Source: Euprymna scolopes
Lineage: Eukaryota
Strand: one strand, 5' to 3'
Assembly: GCA_053919585.1 (NCBI GenBank)
Contig: CM132822.1
DNA length: 64,000 bases
Shown: positions 1 to 12,881 of the stretch, one piece after another
Numbering within the stretch: position 1 is the stretch's first letter
How the letters are laid out: every line of letters starts with the position of its first letter
Made by a program: the position numbers and the translations under genes
Notes under the pieces: generated by a model
The model's input: the letters and a program-made list of their open reading frames with translations, nothing else
Databases searched by the model: none
What the model was told of the DNA's origin: nothing

Positions 1-134
1 GGCTGACCTAATGCAAGGTTTTATAAACTGATAGCGAACACGTTTAAAAATGTAAACCACACGTCTTACGTTTAAAGTCAAGAACGTTGTGCAGGAGAAA
101 GGAATGGGGCAAAAGGTACGAAACTCTAGCATTG

Positions 135-205
135 GGTTTGGTGGTTGCTTGGTCTATTGGGCTTCACGACATATCAACCACTGTGGGTCATTTAATGCCA
201 AGCTA
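135..205 (-). mobile_element. Degenerate 3' tail remnant of the same LINE/SINE family
   Basis: gacatatcaaccactgtgggtcatttaatgcc closely matches LINE 47866-47897 and is preceded by a decayed (GGTT)n tract. Confidence 0.6.
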
Positions 206-919
206 TGTATTTATAAATTTATTTCTAATCTGAGATTTACGTTTTAATTGAAGAAATTCTAAAAATCTAAGTATTTTTGTTGAAATAGTTAAATTGTAAT
301 CACTTTTAGAAATTTGTCCATAATTGAAAATTGTATTAGGATTATTATTTCACTGGATTGAAAATGCCAAATTCATGATTTTTTTCAGCTAGCACTTGCG
401 AACTGGTGACCCTTCTAATCTTTAAAATGTTTCATTTATTTCCATTTCAATATACATGCATGTCTATACGCCCTTCACTTTCTTCATTAAAATGCAACTT
501 TTCTAACCCAATTCATATTAAAATATCGCAAAATCAACGATTTCATTCACCGTTTTTGTTACAGGTTTATTCACATGATTAGAAGCTTCTCCGGCTCATG
601 ATTCAAGTCGCATTAAAACCAAAATGCTTCATTACAAATTTAAGCCCATTCAGTTTTAAACAAACCATTTCAATCTTGAGACTTAGAAATTTGAAAGCAT
701 TTTAACTGACGAATAGAAAGTAATTAGTCTTTTCTTAGCAAATCCTCATGTATTCGAAGACTGAATCCAATAGACGGTATTGAAACCTTGAGTGTAGTTA
801 AGCTTGGAAACGGCAATATTACCCCCTAGAAAAAAAAAGTTCTCGTAATTACAACAAATGATCTGACCTGGCTCTAATAGAAAGATCTGGATTAGATAGG
901 TTTTAATTTCAATTATAGG

Positions 920-1230
920 TTGGTTGGTTGTTTTACGGCATATCAACCCATTTCGGGTTATTTAATGTCGAATCCAAAGATTTTAATAGAATATATTGTT
1001 TTCACGTCGGTATTTAACCCATAGTTGGGACCCTAACAGGTACTACCACTCCAGGTCAGAGTGGACCTGGGAGCAATGGTAATTAAAGGGTGGCTCCACA
1101 CTCCAAAGCCCACAAGCTGGGGCCTCACTACTGGATATAGTTTAAGGTCATATCCAGGACCCCCATTGAGGGACTTTTACCCTCTGCAGGGAGGCAGTCG
1201 GCGTATTCTAATGCCCCACCGACAGGGCCA
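920..1230 (-). mobile_element. Short non-autonomous retroelement (SINE-like, family B) with an I/Nimb-type tail
   Basis: 11-bp TSD tcaattatagg (909-919 and 1231-1241). The (CCAA)n tail and ggcatatcaacc..tttaatg motif are shared with the LINE 3' end. The 5' ~70 nt match LINE 53581-53646. Paralogous empty sites lie near 21625 and 35800. Confidence 0.85.
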
Positions 1231-1674
1231 TCAATTATAGGAAATATTTAAATGGAAAGAAAAATGAAGGAAAATTACAGAGAAGATAGATACAGTTATA
1301 AACATACTCTCAATGAATACATTATTGCCTTCCTAGACACTGAAAACTTATTCACTAACGTTTAGATTAAAAAAAAAAAATCTTAAGCCTACAAACACAA
1401 TGCGATATCCCCTCCAGTCAGAAATTTTTTCTGAAATGCACCACTCCCCCGGGATCTCTGAAATTAAGTTTACTGGTAAAAATCGTTCATGTAAAAGTGT
1501 GGGTCTTAAAAACAAGGTTACCTAATAATACTGCCTCCATAGGCACCAAAAACTTATTCACTAATGTTCTGATAAAAAAAAAGACCATTAAAAAATTATC
1601 ATGCCCACAAACAATTCGATACGCCCTCCAGTCAGAAAAACTTACTAAAATGAACTTCCATTTGTAGACCATAT

Positions 1675-2030
1675 AGGGAATTGCAATAGTTGGTTGAAAC
1701 AGCAGCATCTGAAAAGAAAATCAGATGGACCAATTTAAAGAGCTGTTTTGCAGATATTTGCAAGAAACCGGGCCATCCGTGAATTGGGATGAAATCAAAC
1801 CAATCAGAGATGTGATTAAATCCTATGCAGACATTCAGCAAAGAGCTCAAAAATGTCAAAGACCTCAATTGGTTGTGGTGAAGCTTAATGGTGGCCTAGA
1901 AACAAGTATGGGTTTTCGCGGTCCCAAAAGTGCCATCTGTCCAGAATAATCTCACATTTCTTGATCTTACTGTCCAAATTATGTATCCAAAGGATCCAGT
2001 TTGACCATTGGACGAGTTTTAGTATGGTCA
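1675..2030 (+). pseudogene. UGP2: UGP (UTP-glucose-1-phosphate uridylyltransferase) pseudogene fragment, representative copy
   Basis: ORF 1725-1949 reads MDQFKELFCRYLQETGPSVNWDEIKP...LVVVKLNGGLETSMGFRGPKSAI and continues out of frame as NLTFLDLTVQ. Stops and indels are present. Confidence 0.88.
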
Positions 2031-2739
2031 AAAACTCATTCGAATATCTGAAATCCAACATGTTCAGACATACAAGATAATATGAAAGATAAATAATGGA
2101 TTGAAACATTTGAAAATAGATATGAAAATAGGTTCTACCCTGCCTACTACCACATAAGTGTTTGCTCAACACCCCCCCAAATAAAAGTCCCAGAGGGATG
2201 CGAACCAGAATTTTGCCAGGGTTATCCATACTGAATTTATATTAACTATGGCCTCCACATTTTGGCCAAGTGTCAGGAAAATCTAATGAATGAATCAAAT
2301 GCTATGGGGCAAAAAGTCATTTTGGGCCATTTAAGTATTTTTGACCTCCTAGCCCCTGGGGACGCCGAATCAGAGTGTAAATTGTTAACAGGTCAGTTTG
2401 AGGCTTTAACACATGTATATTCGAGTTGAATCACGAACGCTACTAACATTAGGTCCTCTCCAATAAATCGAGGGACAAAAAAAAAATTTTATCATTTAAT
2501 AATTCAACATTGGTTTTCCAATAATTTTAATTTACTTACGAAACGTCTAAGAGCAGTTGCTATTGACTAATTACTAGTGCGACACAAAAAGATAACAGAG
2601 GGAAGATAAAAGTCGTTGGAAGCGGGGAAAATATTCATATTGTCATAATCAGAGTTAATAATTTTAATATTTTATATTAATAAAATTAAATATACAATAA
2701 AAAAAAAATTATTTTAAGTCAAAGAAATTTTATCCATCC

Positions 2740-3181
2740 ACTATGAATGACTCCTCACTTGCAAACTGGTGGATAATTCGTCCAGAAATCCGAAATTTTC
2801 GTAAGAATCACTAAATAAAATGTACAGCTCTAGAAAAAACCGTTTTGGATTAGCGGTTTTTATTACCATGCAGGCGAAATAAAAAAAAAAAAAAAAAAAA
2901 CTTTCAAATATTTGACTTCCTCAACATGTTTGGTCATACAAGGAGATGCCTGCATAGAATACGAGTAAAAGGCTTTAAACTAGTTTTCTAGTAGACAACC
3001 ACTTTCAATAAGCTCCTGCTGAGATTATGAAAGAACGGTTCAACTGTCACGGTAAGCGCCCGATTTACTATATATCAGGATAGATGCGGAATACATTCCT
3101 ACAGTGTTTCCTGACGAAAAGCTGGCAAAATGCAAGAGAAACGTTTTAAATGAGAAACTGGTTCTCGTCACTATTGAATTC
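2740..3181 (-). pseudogene. Module X: degenerate fragment of an unidentified repeat-domain protein gene (representative of about 17 blocks)
   Basis: The minus-strand consensus across copies is nearly stop-free for about 100 codons: NSDENQFLIQNVSLAFSQLSIRKHCRNVFRIYPDIYIESVAYHDSLTFILSEFQQELIESGCLIEN..KVFYSYSMQ(T/A)(F/S)PCMSKHVEEVRSLNEFF (see ORFs 19327-19518, 32671-32871, 54142-54357, 56245-56463, 32397-32630). Other blocks lie near 5100, 15585, 19080, 25830, 29600, 32415, 38220, 40245, 42810, 44890, 53960, 56060, 56770, 57825, 59135, 60930 and 61975. Confidence 0.55.
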
Positions 3182-3182
3182 C

Positions 3183-3500
3183 AGATGGAGATGGACCAAT
3201 TAAAAGAGCTGTTTAGCAGATATTTGCAAGAAACAAGGCCATCTGTAAACTGGGATAAAATGAAACCAATTCCAGGAGATGTGATTAAATCCTATGCAGA
3301 CATTCAGCAACGAGTTCACAAACGACAAAGGCCTCAATTGGGTGTGGTGAAGCTTAATAGTGGCCTAGAAACAAGGATGGGTTGTCGCGGTGCCAAAAGT
3401 GCCATCTGTCCAGAAAGGATCTCACATTTCTTGATCTCATTGTCAAACAAATATATTTGAAGCATCCAGTTTGACCATTGGATGAGCTTTAGTACGGCCA
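3183..3500 (+). pseudogene. UGP2: UGP pseudogene fragment fused to module X
   Basis: In ORF 3104-3460 the first ~27 aa come from module X (+ frame) and the rest is MEMDQLKELFSRYLQETRPSVNWDK...KLNSGLETRMGCRGAKSAI. Confidence 0.85.
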
Positions 3501-3699
3501 AAAAGTCCTTTAAATATCTGAAATCCTCAACATGTTCAGACAGACAAGGTAATATGAAGGATAAAAAATGGATTGAAACATTGGAAAATAGAGATATTAA
3601 AACAGGTAGATCTAAAAAAATCTATAACAAATGGAAAACATCTGAAGGAAGATATGTAGGTGAATTTATAGTTTTCATTAGAAGAGTTCCAATGAAACT

Positions 3700-4800
3700 G
3701 AAAATATTTTTGAAAATGCACAACTTATGCAGTTTTTGTGAAATGCATGCGTAAAACTTTCGGCAGAGGCGACGGATTTTTGCGACATCGGTATCTTTTT
3801 GAAACTCGCCTTTTCGGATGAAAAATATCAGAAAATTGGCTAAAAACATCTTCAACTGGGCACTTTTCTACAAGCAGGCTCAGTTTTTTTTGTTTTTTTT
3901 TTTGAAAGTCATCGTATAGGTTGGAATGACTAATTTCAGCGTTCCAAAATTCCAGTCGTGTCATGGAGTAGCGGTAAGACGTCAGATTTTTTTTTACACT
4001 TTCTCTCCCGCCTCCGTGTTATGGGTTCAAGCCTGCTTGCTTACTACCATATAAAAGTTTCTGCTCAACACACCTCCAAACACTTGGGCAACGCCAGAAA
4101 CCAGGCTAGTCGAAAATAAACTATCTTTAATTAGGGTATGGTGACATAAAATTTATCATTCAGAAAAACAAGCAGCTCGTGTGTGGTCCCATGGTGCTGC
4201 ATGCGAGATGAGGCAAAAATAAAAAAAAAAATTTTTAAAGTGAAGAAATGATGTGAGAAAATAAAAGGTGCAATGCTGCTTTCACATTTTGGCTTAGTTT
4301 CACAAACATCTAATGGATGGGCCAAAAGTTAAGAGGTAAAAAGTGTCTTTTTGCAATGTTGGGGCATTTGTGACCCTTCGAGTTCCTGGGAATGCCGAAT
4401 CTCAGTGAAAATAGACAAACGGTTCAGTTTCACACCTTAAGGCATGTATATTTGAATTCAACACCATGGAAAACCCCTATGTAGACAGACATCAAGTTTG
4501 GAGTAAAATGAAAAAAAAGCTCCCAAAAGCCATGTTTTTAGCCCTAAAAGTCTCATAGGGATGCGAACCAGAAATTTGGCAGGATCACCCATACTTGATT
4601 TATATTAACGCTATGGGGCTAACAGTCATTTTTGGCCATTTTGAAATATTTTTGACTTGAGCCGGTGGGGATGCTGAAGCAGAGTAAATTGTTAACAGGT
4701 CAGTTTAAGGCCTTACCATGTGTATATTTGACGCCACTAAAAAATAAAAAAAATAAAAATTTAAAAAAAAACAGATCCTCTCAGATAAATCGTGGGGCAA
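3700..4800. repeat. Non-coding interspersed repeat, probably a DNA-transposon derivative; internally deleted copy at about 2140-2480
   Basis: 2141-2180 matches 4040-4080 and 2181-2480 matches 4545-4800. No ORF and no termini were resolved. Confidence 0.45.
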
Positions 4801-5664
4801 ACAAAAAAAAAAAAAAAAGATTTTATTTAATAAAAATTTTCCTCAATATTAGTTTTCCAGTAATTTTAATTTACTTACGAAATGTCTAGGCAGATGTTTG
4901 CAACCAATTTGCTATTGCGCCACGAAAAGTTAACAGATGAAAGGTACAAGTTAAAGAGAGGGAAAATATTCATTGTTATAATCGGAAAATTTTAATATTT
5001 TATATTAATACAAAAATAATATTTTTTTTAATTTATTGTACGTTTTAATTAAAAGAAATTTTATCTAGGTTTAGTATTACTAGGTTATAGTATTAAAAGT
5101 TGACATCGCTTCCAAACTGGTAGATAATTCATCCAACAATCCGAAATTTTCATGAGAATCACTAAAATGTACAGAAAAAAAAACGTTTGGGATTAGTGGT
5201 TTTCATTACAATGTGGGCGAAAACTTTTCAAATATTCGACTTCAACATGTTTAAACATACAAGGAAATGTCTGCATAGAATACGAGTAAAAGACTTTCTA
5301 CGCTAGTTTTCTATCAAACAAATACTTTCAATAACCTCCTGCTGAAATTCTGAAATAAAGCTTCAACTGTCATTGTAAGTGACTGATTCAATAAATATCA
5401 GGATAGATGCGGAATACATTCCTACAGTGCTTCCTGATGGAAAGCTGGCTAAATACAAGAAGGTTTTGAATGAGAAACTGGTTCTCGTCACTACTGAATT
5501 CCAGATGGAGATGAACCAATTAAAAAAAGCTGTTTAGCAGATATTTGCAAGAAACCAGGCCATCTGTAACATAGAATAAAATCAAACAAATCCCAGATAA
5601 AATCCTATGCAGATATTCAGAAAGATATCAAAGACCTTTTTAATAAGTTGGTTATGAAGCTGAA

Positions 5665-6313
5665 TACTTTAGCGGATATTTTCGTCGGGTACCATGAATC
5701 CGTTATGGTTAATTCTACAACTAAACCCACTACATATTTCAGGTATGTTGACGACACTTACTGTTTTTCCATCGCAAGGTGAAGCGTCGATATTTTTTAA
5801 TAGGTTGAATTCTTTACTTGGGGCTCTTAAGTTCACTATGGAAAGTGAAAAGGACAATTCGCTTCCCTTCTTGGATGATCGTGTCGAACGTTTAAGGGGG
5901 GGGGGCTTTCTCACTACAATTTATAGAAAGCCGACATTTACTGGTCTATATGTGAACTGGTTGTCTTTTGTACCAAAATCACGTAAGGTCGGCCTAATTA
6001 ATACTTTGGGACAGAGCCCTCATGATTTGTTCGCCTAACAGATTAGACGCCGAACTCAAGATCAGGGAAATATTCATCAATAATGGTTATCCTGTTGACC
6101 TTATTGATGACTATTTTCGAAAAGGTTGCGGACTTTAAATCCCCTAAAAAGTTTGGACCCTTGAAACGCCCGGTTTATTTAAAAATTACCGTGGATTGGA
6201 GAAAAGAGTAATAGACTTTCCAAACAGATTCACAGAAGTATTTACGACTGCTTTTATTCTGTCTCCTTATATTTGGTAAATACTACGAGACCTGCTTTTC
6301 CTTCTTTTCGCAA
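5665..6313 (+). mobile_element. Penelope-like element reverse transcriptase relic
   Basis: LADIFVGYHE, FRYVDDT (ttcaggtatgttgacgacact), LKFTMESEKDNSLPFLD and TTIYRKPTFTGLY..SFVPKSRKVGLINTL are PLE RT/thumb motifs. Frameshifted. Confidence 0.88.
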
Positions 6314-6326
6314 GTAGAAAATTGGT

Positions 6327-6408
6327 TCTATACGTAATAAGAAACCTGCATACAATAAAATATAATTAAGCTTATTTTACGACAGGGCAACGCCTAGCGG
6401 CCTGCTAG
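6327..6408 (+). mobile_element. Helitron-like mini element or 3' terminus (TC...gggcaacgcc hairpin...CTAG)
   Basis: tctatacgtaataag...ttttacgacagggcaacgcctagcggcctgCTAG|t. Confidence 0.55.
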
Positions 6409-7589
6409 TGTATATATATGAAGATTCACCTGAATAAGTTCTAGTTTTATATCAGCCAAAACCTTGTAGCATCTAAGATGAGAACAATAGTCCAAGTATT
6501 TTAAACTAAACATTCTCATTGTAGAACATTGAAAGCGTTTTTCCGAATATAAAATTCGTTAATTACACTATTTGAACAATTGAACGTATCTTTAATAGTC
6601 AAGTTAGAAATATTCAAGCTTTTCAAGTGCCTATATGTATAGTTTAGGGGGAAATGACAAATACCCTTTAATGCCTGCCAGATGTGCATTAGATGCATAC
6701 TATTACTCACTATAAATAAAGCCTAAAGATATAGGGTGATTAAATTTTTATAGGGTGACTAAATTTTTAGTGATACAAAAATATTTTGTGGATAAGAATT
6801 TATTAAAAGTAAATTAGTAAATATAAAAAATATTCAATCCCTATTTAAACGAAAATGTTTAATTATAAAATTAAGCCCATTAAGTTTTTTTCCGACAAGT
6901 TAACCATGTCAATCTGCTTTCCTGGCTGTACTAACCCGCACAAGTTTAAATGTAAACACCTTGTTGCTCAACGCTTGTTTTACAAGCGTTATACAGTCCC
7001 AAACAGTGAACCTTACGTTTCAAGTGCTTTTGGGTAAAAGGGTTAATGCCTGCTTCCTTTTCCGAAATGACCTCGAGGTGTGAATATCGCATTTTTCTTC
7101 CACTCTTAAAGCTAAGTTTAAAAAATGTCTCTAATTTTCTGAAATCTATTTTGTGCTAATTAACGGTAACTCTTATTGCAGCCTTGACTTAAAATCCGGC
7201 AACTCACATTACCTATCGACTTGCCCTTTTTGTTCGGAAATCTTTTTTATTTCATGTATGCTACAAACGAATATTGCTCTGTTACATGTAAAACGAGAAA
7301 AAAAAAGCTACTCGCGAAAAGGAACCTCCCAAACTAAAAACCTCGAACTATTATCTAAACTAAAATGTAAATTAAGTCCAAATTAAGCCGACTTCACAAA
7401 TTGATAAAAGTAAAATATTTTATTTGAATTAAGATGAAGCTCGAACGATTCAAACTCGAGATAGATAATGCTAAAAAACATCCCCCATAAATATGGGAAA
7501 GGAGATTATCTTCAAAGAGCATCCTAAATTGATAATTTAGCACCGGACTTGGATTAAGTAGATATTAGTATGTCCCTCGTACACATTCC

Positions 7590-7621
<32 letters not shown>

Positions 7622-7624
<3 letters not shown>

Positions 7625-9406
7625 GGAGAGTGGATAATGCGGTGGATGTGTTCCTCTCATTCTTGCTCAAATCAAGTATGCTGACCTGTTCCACAAACCC
7701 CAACATGAAAGATCTCAAAAAAAAAAAAAAAAAACCTAGAACCCCATCTTCCAACGTAGACCCCTACTACCTTGTCTCCAACATCAGGGGTCTACGTTCC
7801 AAACTTCCAGAGGTTTAAACCCAATTACAGGAGACGAAATCGGACATATTCTTTCTAAGCGAAACTGGAATAGGGCCGACCACTTCCCTAGATGAATTCA
7901 TAATTAACGGATACTAACTTAACATCGAAATCTGACCTCCAAGATCGCCATGGGCATGGAATATGTGCCTACATTAAAGATGGCTTCTCGTGTAGCAGGG
8001 ATATCTCCAGAGAAGACCCTAATTTACCTTATATGTGCTTCCGGGTTGCACTAGCTTACACCACTGCATTTGTATTTTCCCTCTATCGCCTCCACAACAG
8101 CAGAGTTACTATCTTTAAGAGTATATCTGAGAAAATAGACCACATCCTGTCGGCACATCTCTCGGCGAACATTCACATTTGTGGTGACTTCAATGTCCAT
8201 AACGTGGAATGGCTGACCCACTCAAATAAGACAGATGACATGTATCATATCAAAGGCTTTCGACAAGGTATGGAAGATTTCCAGCTAGGGTATAACTGGA
8301 AATGCTTTCTCAATCATTAAATCATTTCTCTCTAATAGGCTCATAAGAGTAGTGGTCGATGGACAAAAATCAGAGGCCTGCAGTATTAATGCTGGAGTCC
8401 CTCAGGGGGCCATCCTGGGCCCAACTCTTCCTGATCTACATCAATGATCTCCCTAAACACATACTTAAATCATTCATAGACATCTATGCTGATGACACGA
8501 CCATCTACGGCAACACACCAAAGGCTGTAAATGACAAAGTTCCGATTCTCTCTCCTCTGATCTTGAGCGTGTAGTTCAGTGGATGAAGACGTGGCTGGTT
8601 ACCTTTAATGCATCTAAAACCAAGCTCCTATCTTTACACCATCAACGCTCTGATCCCCATCTGACATCAATTGTGATGGATGGCTCTCGCCTAGGAGAAG
8701 CTCAATGTTTTAACAAGCTTCTGGGCTTGACCCTTACTCCTGATATGAAATGGAACACTTACATAAAGTCTGTTGCCAGGGTTGCTGGAAAGATGGTGGG
8801 TTCCTTCTACCACTCCAGAAGATATCTCACTAATGATGCTATTCTCTATATAAAAGCTAAGTACGTCCAAGGATGGAATACTGCTGCCATATCTGGGCAG
8901 GAGCTGCTAAAAATAGCCTATCTTGCCTTGACAGAGTACAAAATAGACTCTTAGTGGGGGATGCCCTTTTCTCTTTCCTGCAACCTCTCTCCCACAAGAG
9001 ACGTTGCGAGCCTGTCTTTGTTTTTACCGTTATTTCCATGGCAAGTGCTCGTCTGAGCTACAATCTCTGGTCCTCCCCCTCGCTAATCTTTTACGAAAAA
9101 CACTAGCTGAAGCCACTGTCAAAACTTTCCCCACTATCTGTGCCTAAATCAAAACGTAGATTCCATGAACAAAGCTTTTTTCTTAGGACAGCACGCCAGT
9201 GGAACTGTTCCGTCTGCCTGTTTCCCACCTGACTACAACTTGGACGTCTTCAAATCCAACGTAAACTAATTCGTGATGAACCGCCTCCTTTAGTAGACAC
9301 TTTATGAAATCTCAACACTAACGTACAACGTACTGTACATGCAATAACCCTTATCCCTGAGTGGCTTCCGGGCCTTGATAAGTAGTGACCTTGTAAGAAA
9401 AAAAAA
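7622..9406 (+). mobile_element. CR1-group LINE relic (endonuclease plus C-terminal RT) with a large internal deletion
   Basis: SNIRGLRS, FLSETG and CGDFNVHNVEWL are followed, after a jump near 8240, by AGVPQGAILGP.LFLIYINDLP, YADDTTIY, WLVTFNASKT and MEYCCHIWAG. A-rich end near 9400. Confidence 0.85.
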
Positions 9407-9751
9407 TAGTTGTGCCTAATGTATACGCATAAAATTGCTCAGTAAAAATAAGGTCTAAAGAAATAGAGCGCTCCTATATTTTCATCAATAAGATATAAAT
9501 GTTTACAGGAAAATTGGCAGAGATTCAAGAACCCAAGCAAAAGTCATATCAAGGTTTTACACTAGTTGTGTCCCTTACAACCGGAGCTCTAAAGTTTATT
9601 GGTTAAAAATAGAGTTTGGATCTTATTTGTTAGGCGACCACAAACCTGGCCATGTGTAAGGAAAAATAAAAACTCAAATGGGACACTATAAGATCTAGAG
9701 GTTCTAAAATTCCTTTACCCGTATATCAGAGCAAAAAACATCCAGCTATAG

Positions 9752-9752
<1 letters not shown>

Positions 9753-9790
<38 letters not shown>
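9753..9790. repeat. (TA)n microsatellite (others at about 12882-12910, 22856-22891, 34989-35010)
   Basis: Directly visible. Confidence 0.9.
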
Positions 9791-9792
<2 letters not shown>

Positions 9793-10572
9793 TCCTCAAT
9801 TTCAATAATGGCATTTTCCCCAGTGCTATTAAAATCCTTCATAAAATTTTGTACCCATAAAAATCATATATATATATATCACCAACGCAATACAGGTACA
9901 CCTAAACTTTCCATTAATACATAACTAGCTCAGATGAAGGTGGACCAAGAAACTGGACCATCTGTAAATTGAGGTTAAAATCAAGCTAATCCATTCACAC
10001 AATTGATACGCCCTCCCATCAGAAAACACACTAAAATTCACTACTCCAGTTCCCTTTGTCAACCCTATAGGGAATTGAAAAAGTTGGTTGAAACAGCAGC
10101 ACTCGAAAAGAAAAGTGTCAAATGGACCAATTTAAGGAGCCGTTTAGCAGATATTTGCAAGAAACCGAGCTATCTGTAACCTGGGATAAAATGAAACCTA
10201 TTTCAGACGTGATTAAATCCTATGCAGACATTCAAAGATCAAAACGTCAAAGATCTTCAATAAATTTGTTGTGAATGTCTGGAATGAGCGTAAAAAAAAA
10301 AATTCTATGCATGAAGTATTGCGACATTAGAGTAACAAATTCAAATAAATCCGGCTCCATTAGCAAAGCTCCAATTCTTGGCGCATCACTAATGCCTCAT
10401 TCCCATGTCTTTTTTACCTGTATTTTAATAGAATGTACTGAACTTTTAGCACTCGTGTCCCCTCAACATGCTCCCAACTAATCTAGCAAGCAAAATGCAA
10501 CCCATTCACTGTTGACCTTATAAAAAAAAAAAAAAAAAAAAACCCTCTTGTATTTTTTCCTTCGGAAAGACT

Positions 10573-10951
10573 GATTGCTTGGTTTTGTTTTATGCCATAT
10601 CAACCCTTTTCAGGCTTTTAATGCTGAATCCAGTTATTTTGGAAATGGGATTCATGTTACAGTTTCTGTAGGTTTTTATACTTCAACCTCCGCGTCATCG
10701 ATCGCTAATTTTAGTGTTTGGTTTGGTGGTTTTATATTTTTAGATCCCTGCCCTGAAAACCATGACTATGTTTGACAATGGGAGATGGAAAAGGGGTATT
10801 GTGTTAATGCTTGGTACATTTTGAGCTAAGAAACCAGTCACGGAAATAGAAAAAGAGAGAATGGGAAGAAGGCAAAGGGGAGAAACGTAGACAAAGCTGC
10901 ATTTCATCTCAGGAAGCCGATATCTTCAGACAGCCTGATCTGTTAACACCA
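10573..10951 (-). mobile_element. Short non-autonomous retroelement (family A) sharing the extreme 5' head and the 3' tail of the LINE
   Basis: 9-bp TSD ggaaagact (10564-10572 and 10952-10960). Tail gccatatcaaccc..tttaatgctgaatcc. Head tttcatctcaggaag..agacagcctgatctg..cacca matches 53830-53874. A paralogous empty site lies near 13700. Confidence 0.8.
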
Positions 10952-12524
10952 GGAAAGACTTTAGAATTGTCTCATTGTTTCTCCCCACTTCTGACTGTAC
11001 TAACCTGCAGAAGTTCAAATGTAAACATCTTGCTGTATAACAGTCTGTTATACACAACCCCAAACAGTGACCCTTATGTTTCATGCTTATATCTTGATTA
11101 GGAAAAAAAAGACAGGTTTGTCAAGACCCTCCTAGATGTGCCTAATGCATATGAATCAAGTTACAAATAACGTAAAGAAATAGGGTTCATGTAAATACAT
11201 TTTTATAACAAAGGACAATAAGCAGAGATTCAAGAACACAAGTAAAAAGTCATCCATGTTTCACAGTTCTCTCACAATGGCACTCAATTAGAAAGCTTTA
11301 AAAGCTCCCTCTGGAGCTGTAAATGAAGTGGTTTGGTTAAGAAAAAAAAAATAGTACGTATTTGAGTCTTACATATGCTAAGCAACGACAAACCTGGCTA
11401 CATGTAAGGAAAAATAAAAACTCAAATGGCATTCTTCTTAAGACCTATAATTTCTTAAATCTCTACATCCGTGGAGTACAGAGCAAAAACATTAACCTCA
11501 TAAAAAATTTTAAAAAACACAAAAGGCAATACAGCTATAATCAAACTCCCGTTAATGCATTACTGCCTCAATAGACACCAAAAACTAATATTCTGATAAA
11601 AGACCATAAAATAATTCTTAAGTCTACAAACACAATGCGATACCCCTCCATAAAGTGATAGTAAATTCGAATGTTGAGTGTTCTCGGCATCGCGCCAGAA
11701 CGTCCAGAAAGCAATCAGCTTTTGATCAAGGCAGTACTTTCATATGGACACCCCTATTTTTTTTTTTTATGGGGAACTGGTTTTCTACCCGATATCTTGA
11801 GGAAACTAAACCAAAATAAACTTTACTGCGGGATTGATATTTGACTTAATTCACTTGTAACTTATTCAGCACGTTTTTTTTTTCGCCTCAAAGATTCGAG
11901 TTTTGTAAGATGCCCCTCTTGTCTTAAAATGAATTTTCGTACTAGCTATACTCAGTAAACTCCATTAAAAACAAAGCAAAAACCGTAAATAGTGATCAGC
12001 GTCTGATTTATTTGTGTGACAGCCACCCCCTTTCCGCTGATGTCAGTACTAGAAGTTAATTGCAGTTCCAAACCATGTTTTTCACCATGTTAAAACTCAG
12101 GAATTGCAAAGACAACTGTTTAAAGTTAGAAGGAAAGGAGAAAAAGGAGGGGAAAAAAAGCTCAAAGATCTGAAATCCTCAACACGTGAAGATAAAATTA
12201 ATGTAAGGTGAAGCTACAAATGCTTAAATTTTTGATGAAAAAGAAAAGGTTATCCTCTTTTCCATGGTGGCAAAAAGCAGAAGCAACTTTCAATTAGTTT
12301 TGTTCAGTTGAATAAACTTTGACCTAAATCTGTCACTAAGGTCAAAGGTGAAAACAAACTGAGCACAGGCCTTATTAAAATGGTAAAACAACATTTTTTA
12401 ATAAGTATGGGTTAAAAATAAAGTAACAATTCTAATGTACAAAAAATCATTTTTTTTTTAATCATTTAACTATCAAGCTGCAGTAAGAAAAGCTTGCACA
12501 TAAGAAAAATCGATATATATATAT

Positions 12525-12878
12525 CGTCTACGCGGGATGTGAGAATTTTGGAGGTTTTGAGAGTTGAGCACGCCACTATAAAGCGAGCCTTACGAAAGTG
12601 AGAGGATACAGAGGACTTTGATCTCGACCCCGCGTACTCGTGCGGGATATGCGGCAGGGTGTGCCTGTCAAAAGCAGGCCTCAAGAGTCATGGAACTACG
12701 CACGCGGGACATGAACTGGGAGCACGTGAGGAAGGGGGGGGGCGGTCACCAACAAGGTTATCCTGCAGAATATGCGGCAAACTGTGCAGGCCGGGTGGGG
12801 CTATGTGGAATCATATGCGGACTCACTCACGCGCCATCGTATCGTGAGGGTTGGCCGTCTTCTATAAAGAAGTGGCAG

Positions 12879-12881
<3 letters not shown>
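12525..12881 (+). mobile_element. 5'-truncated LINE 3' end (probably RTE type) encoding two C2H2 fingers, flanked by (TA)n
   Basis: CGICGRVCLSKAGLKSHGTTH and CRICGKLCRPGGAMWNHMRTH, then a short UTR. TA repeats lie on both sides (12513-12524 and 12882-12910). Confidence 0.65.

Noticed and set aside
1725-1949. Functional UGP gene, or an array of alternative cassette exons
   Set aside because: Copies carry stops and frameshifts, including in the catalytic loop. No consistent splice sites flank them, and no C-terminal UGP sequence occurs in the window.
3104-3185. Module X + frame (RIDAEYIPTVFPDEKLAKCKRNVLNEKLVLVTIEF) as the genuine UGP N-terminus
   Set aside because: The alternative leader RELQKLVETAAPE is the one homologous to UGPase. 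The X + frame closes a short way upstream, while the minus frame stays open.
11645-12500. DNA transposon or MITE
   Set aside because: The composition is suggestive, but I could not pair TIRs or find a TSD.
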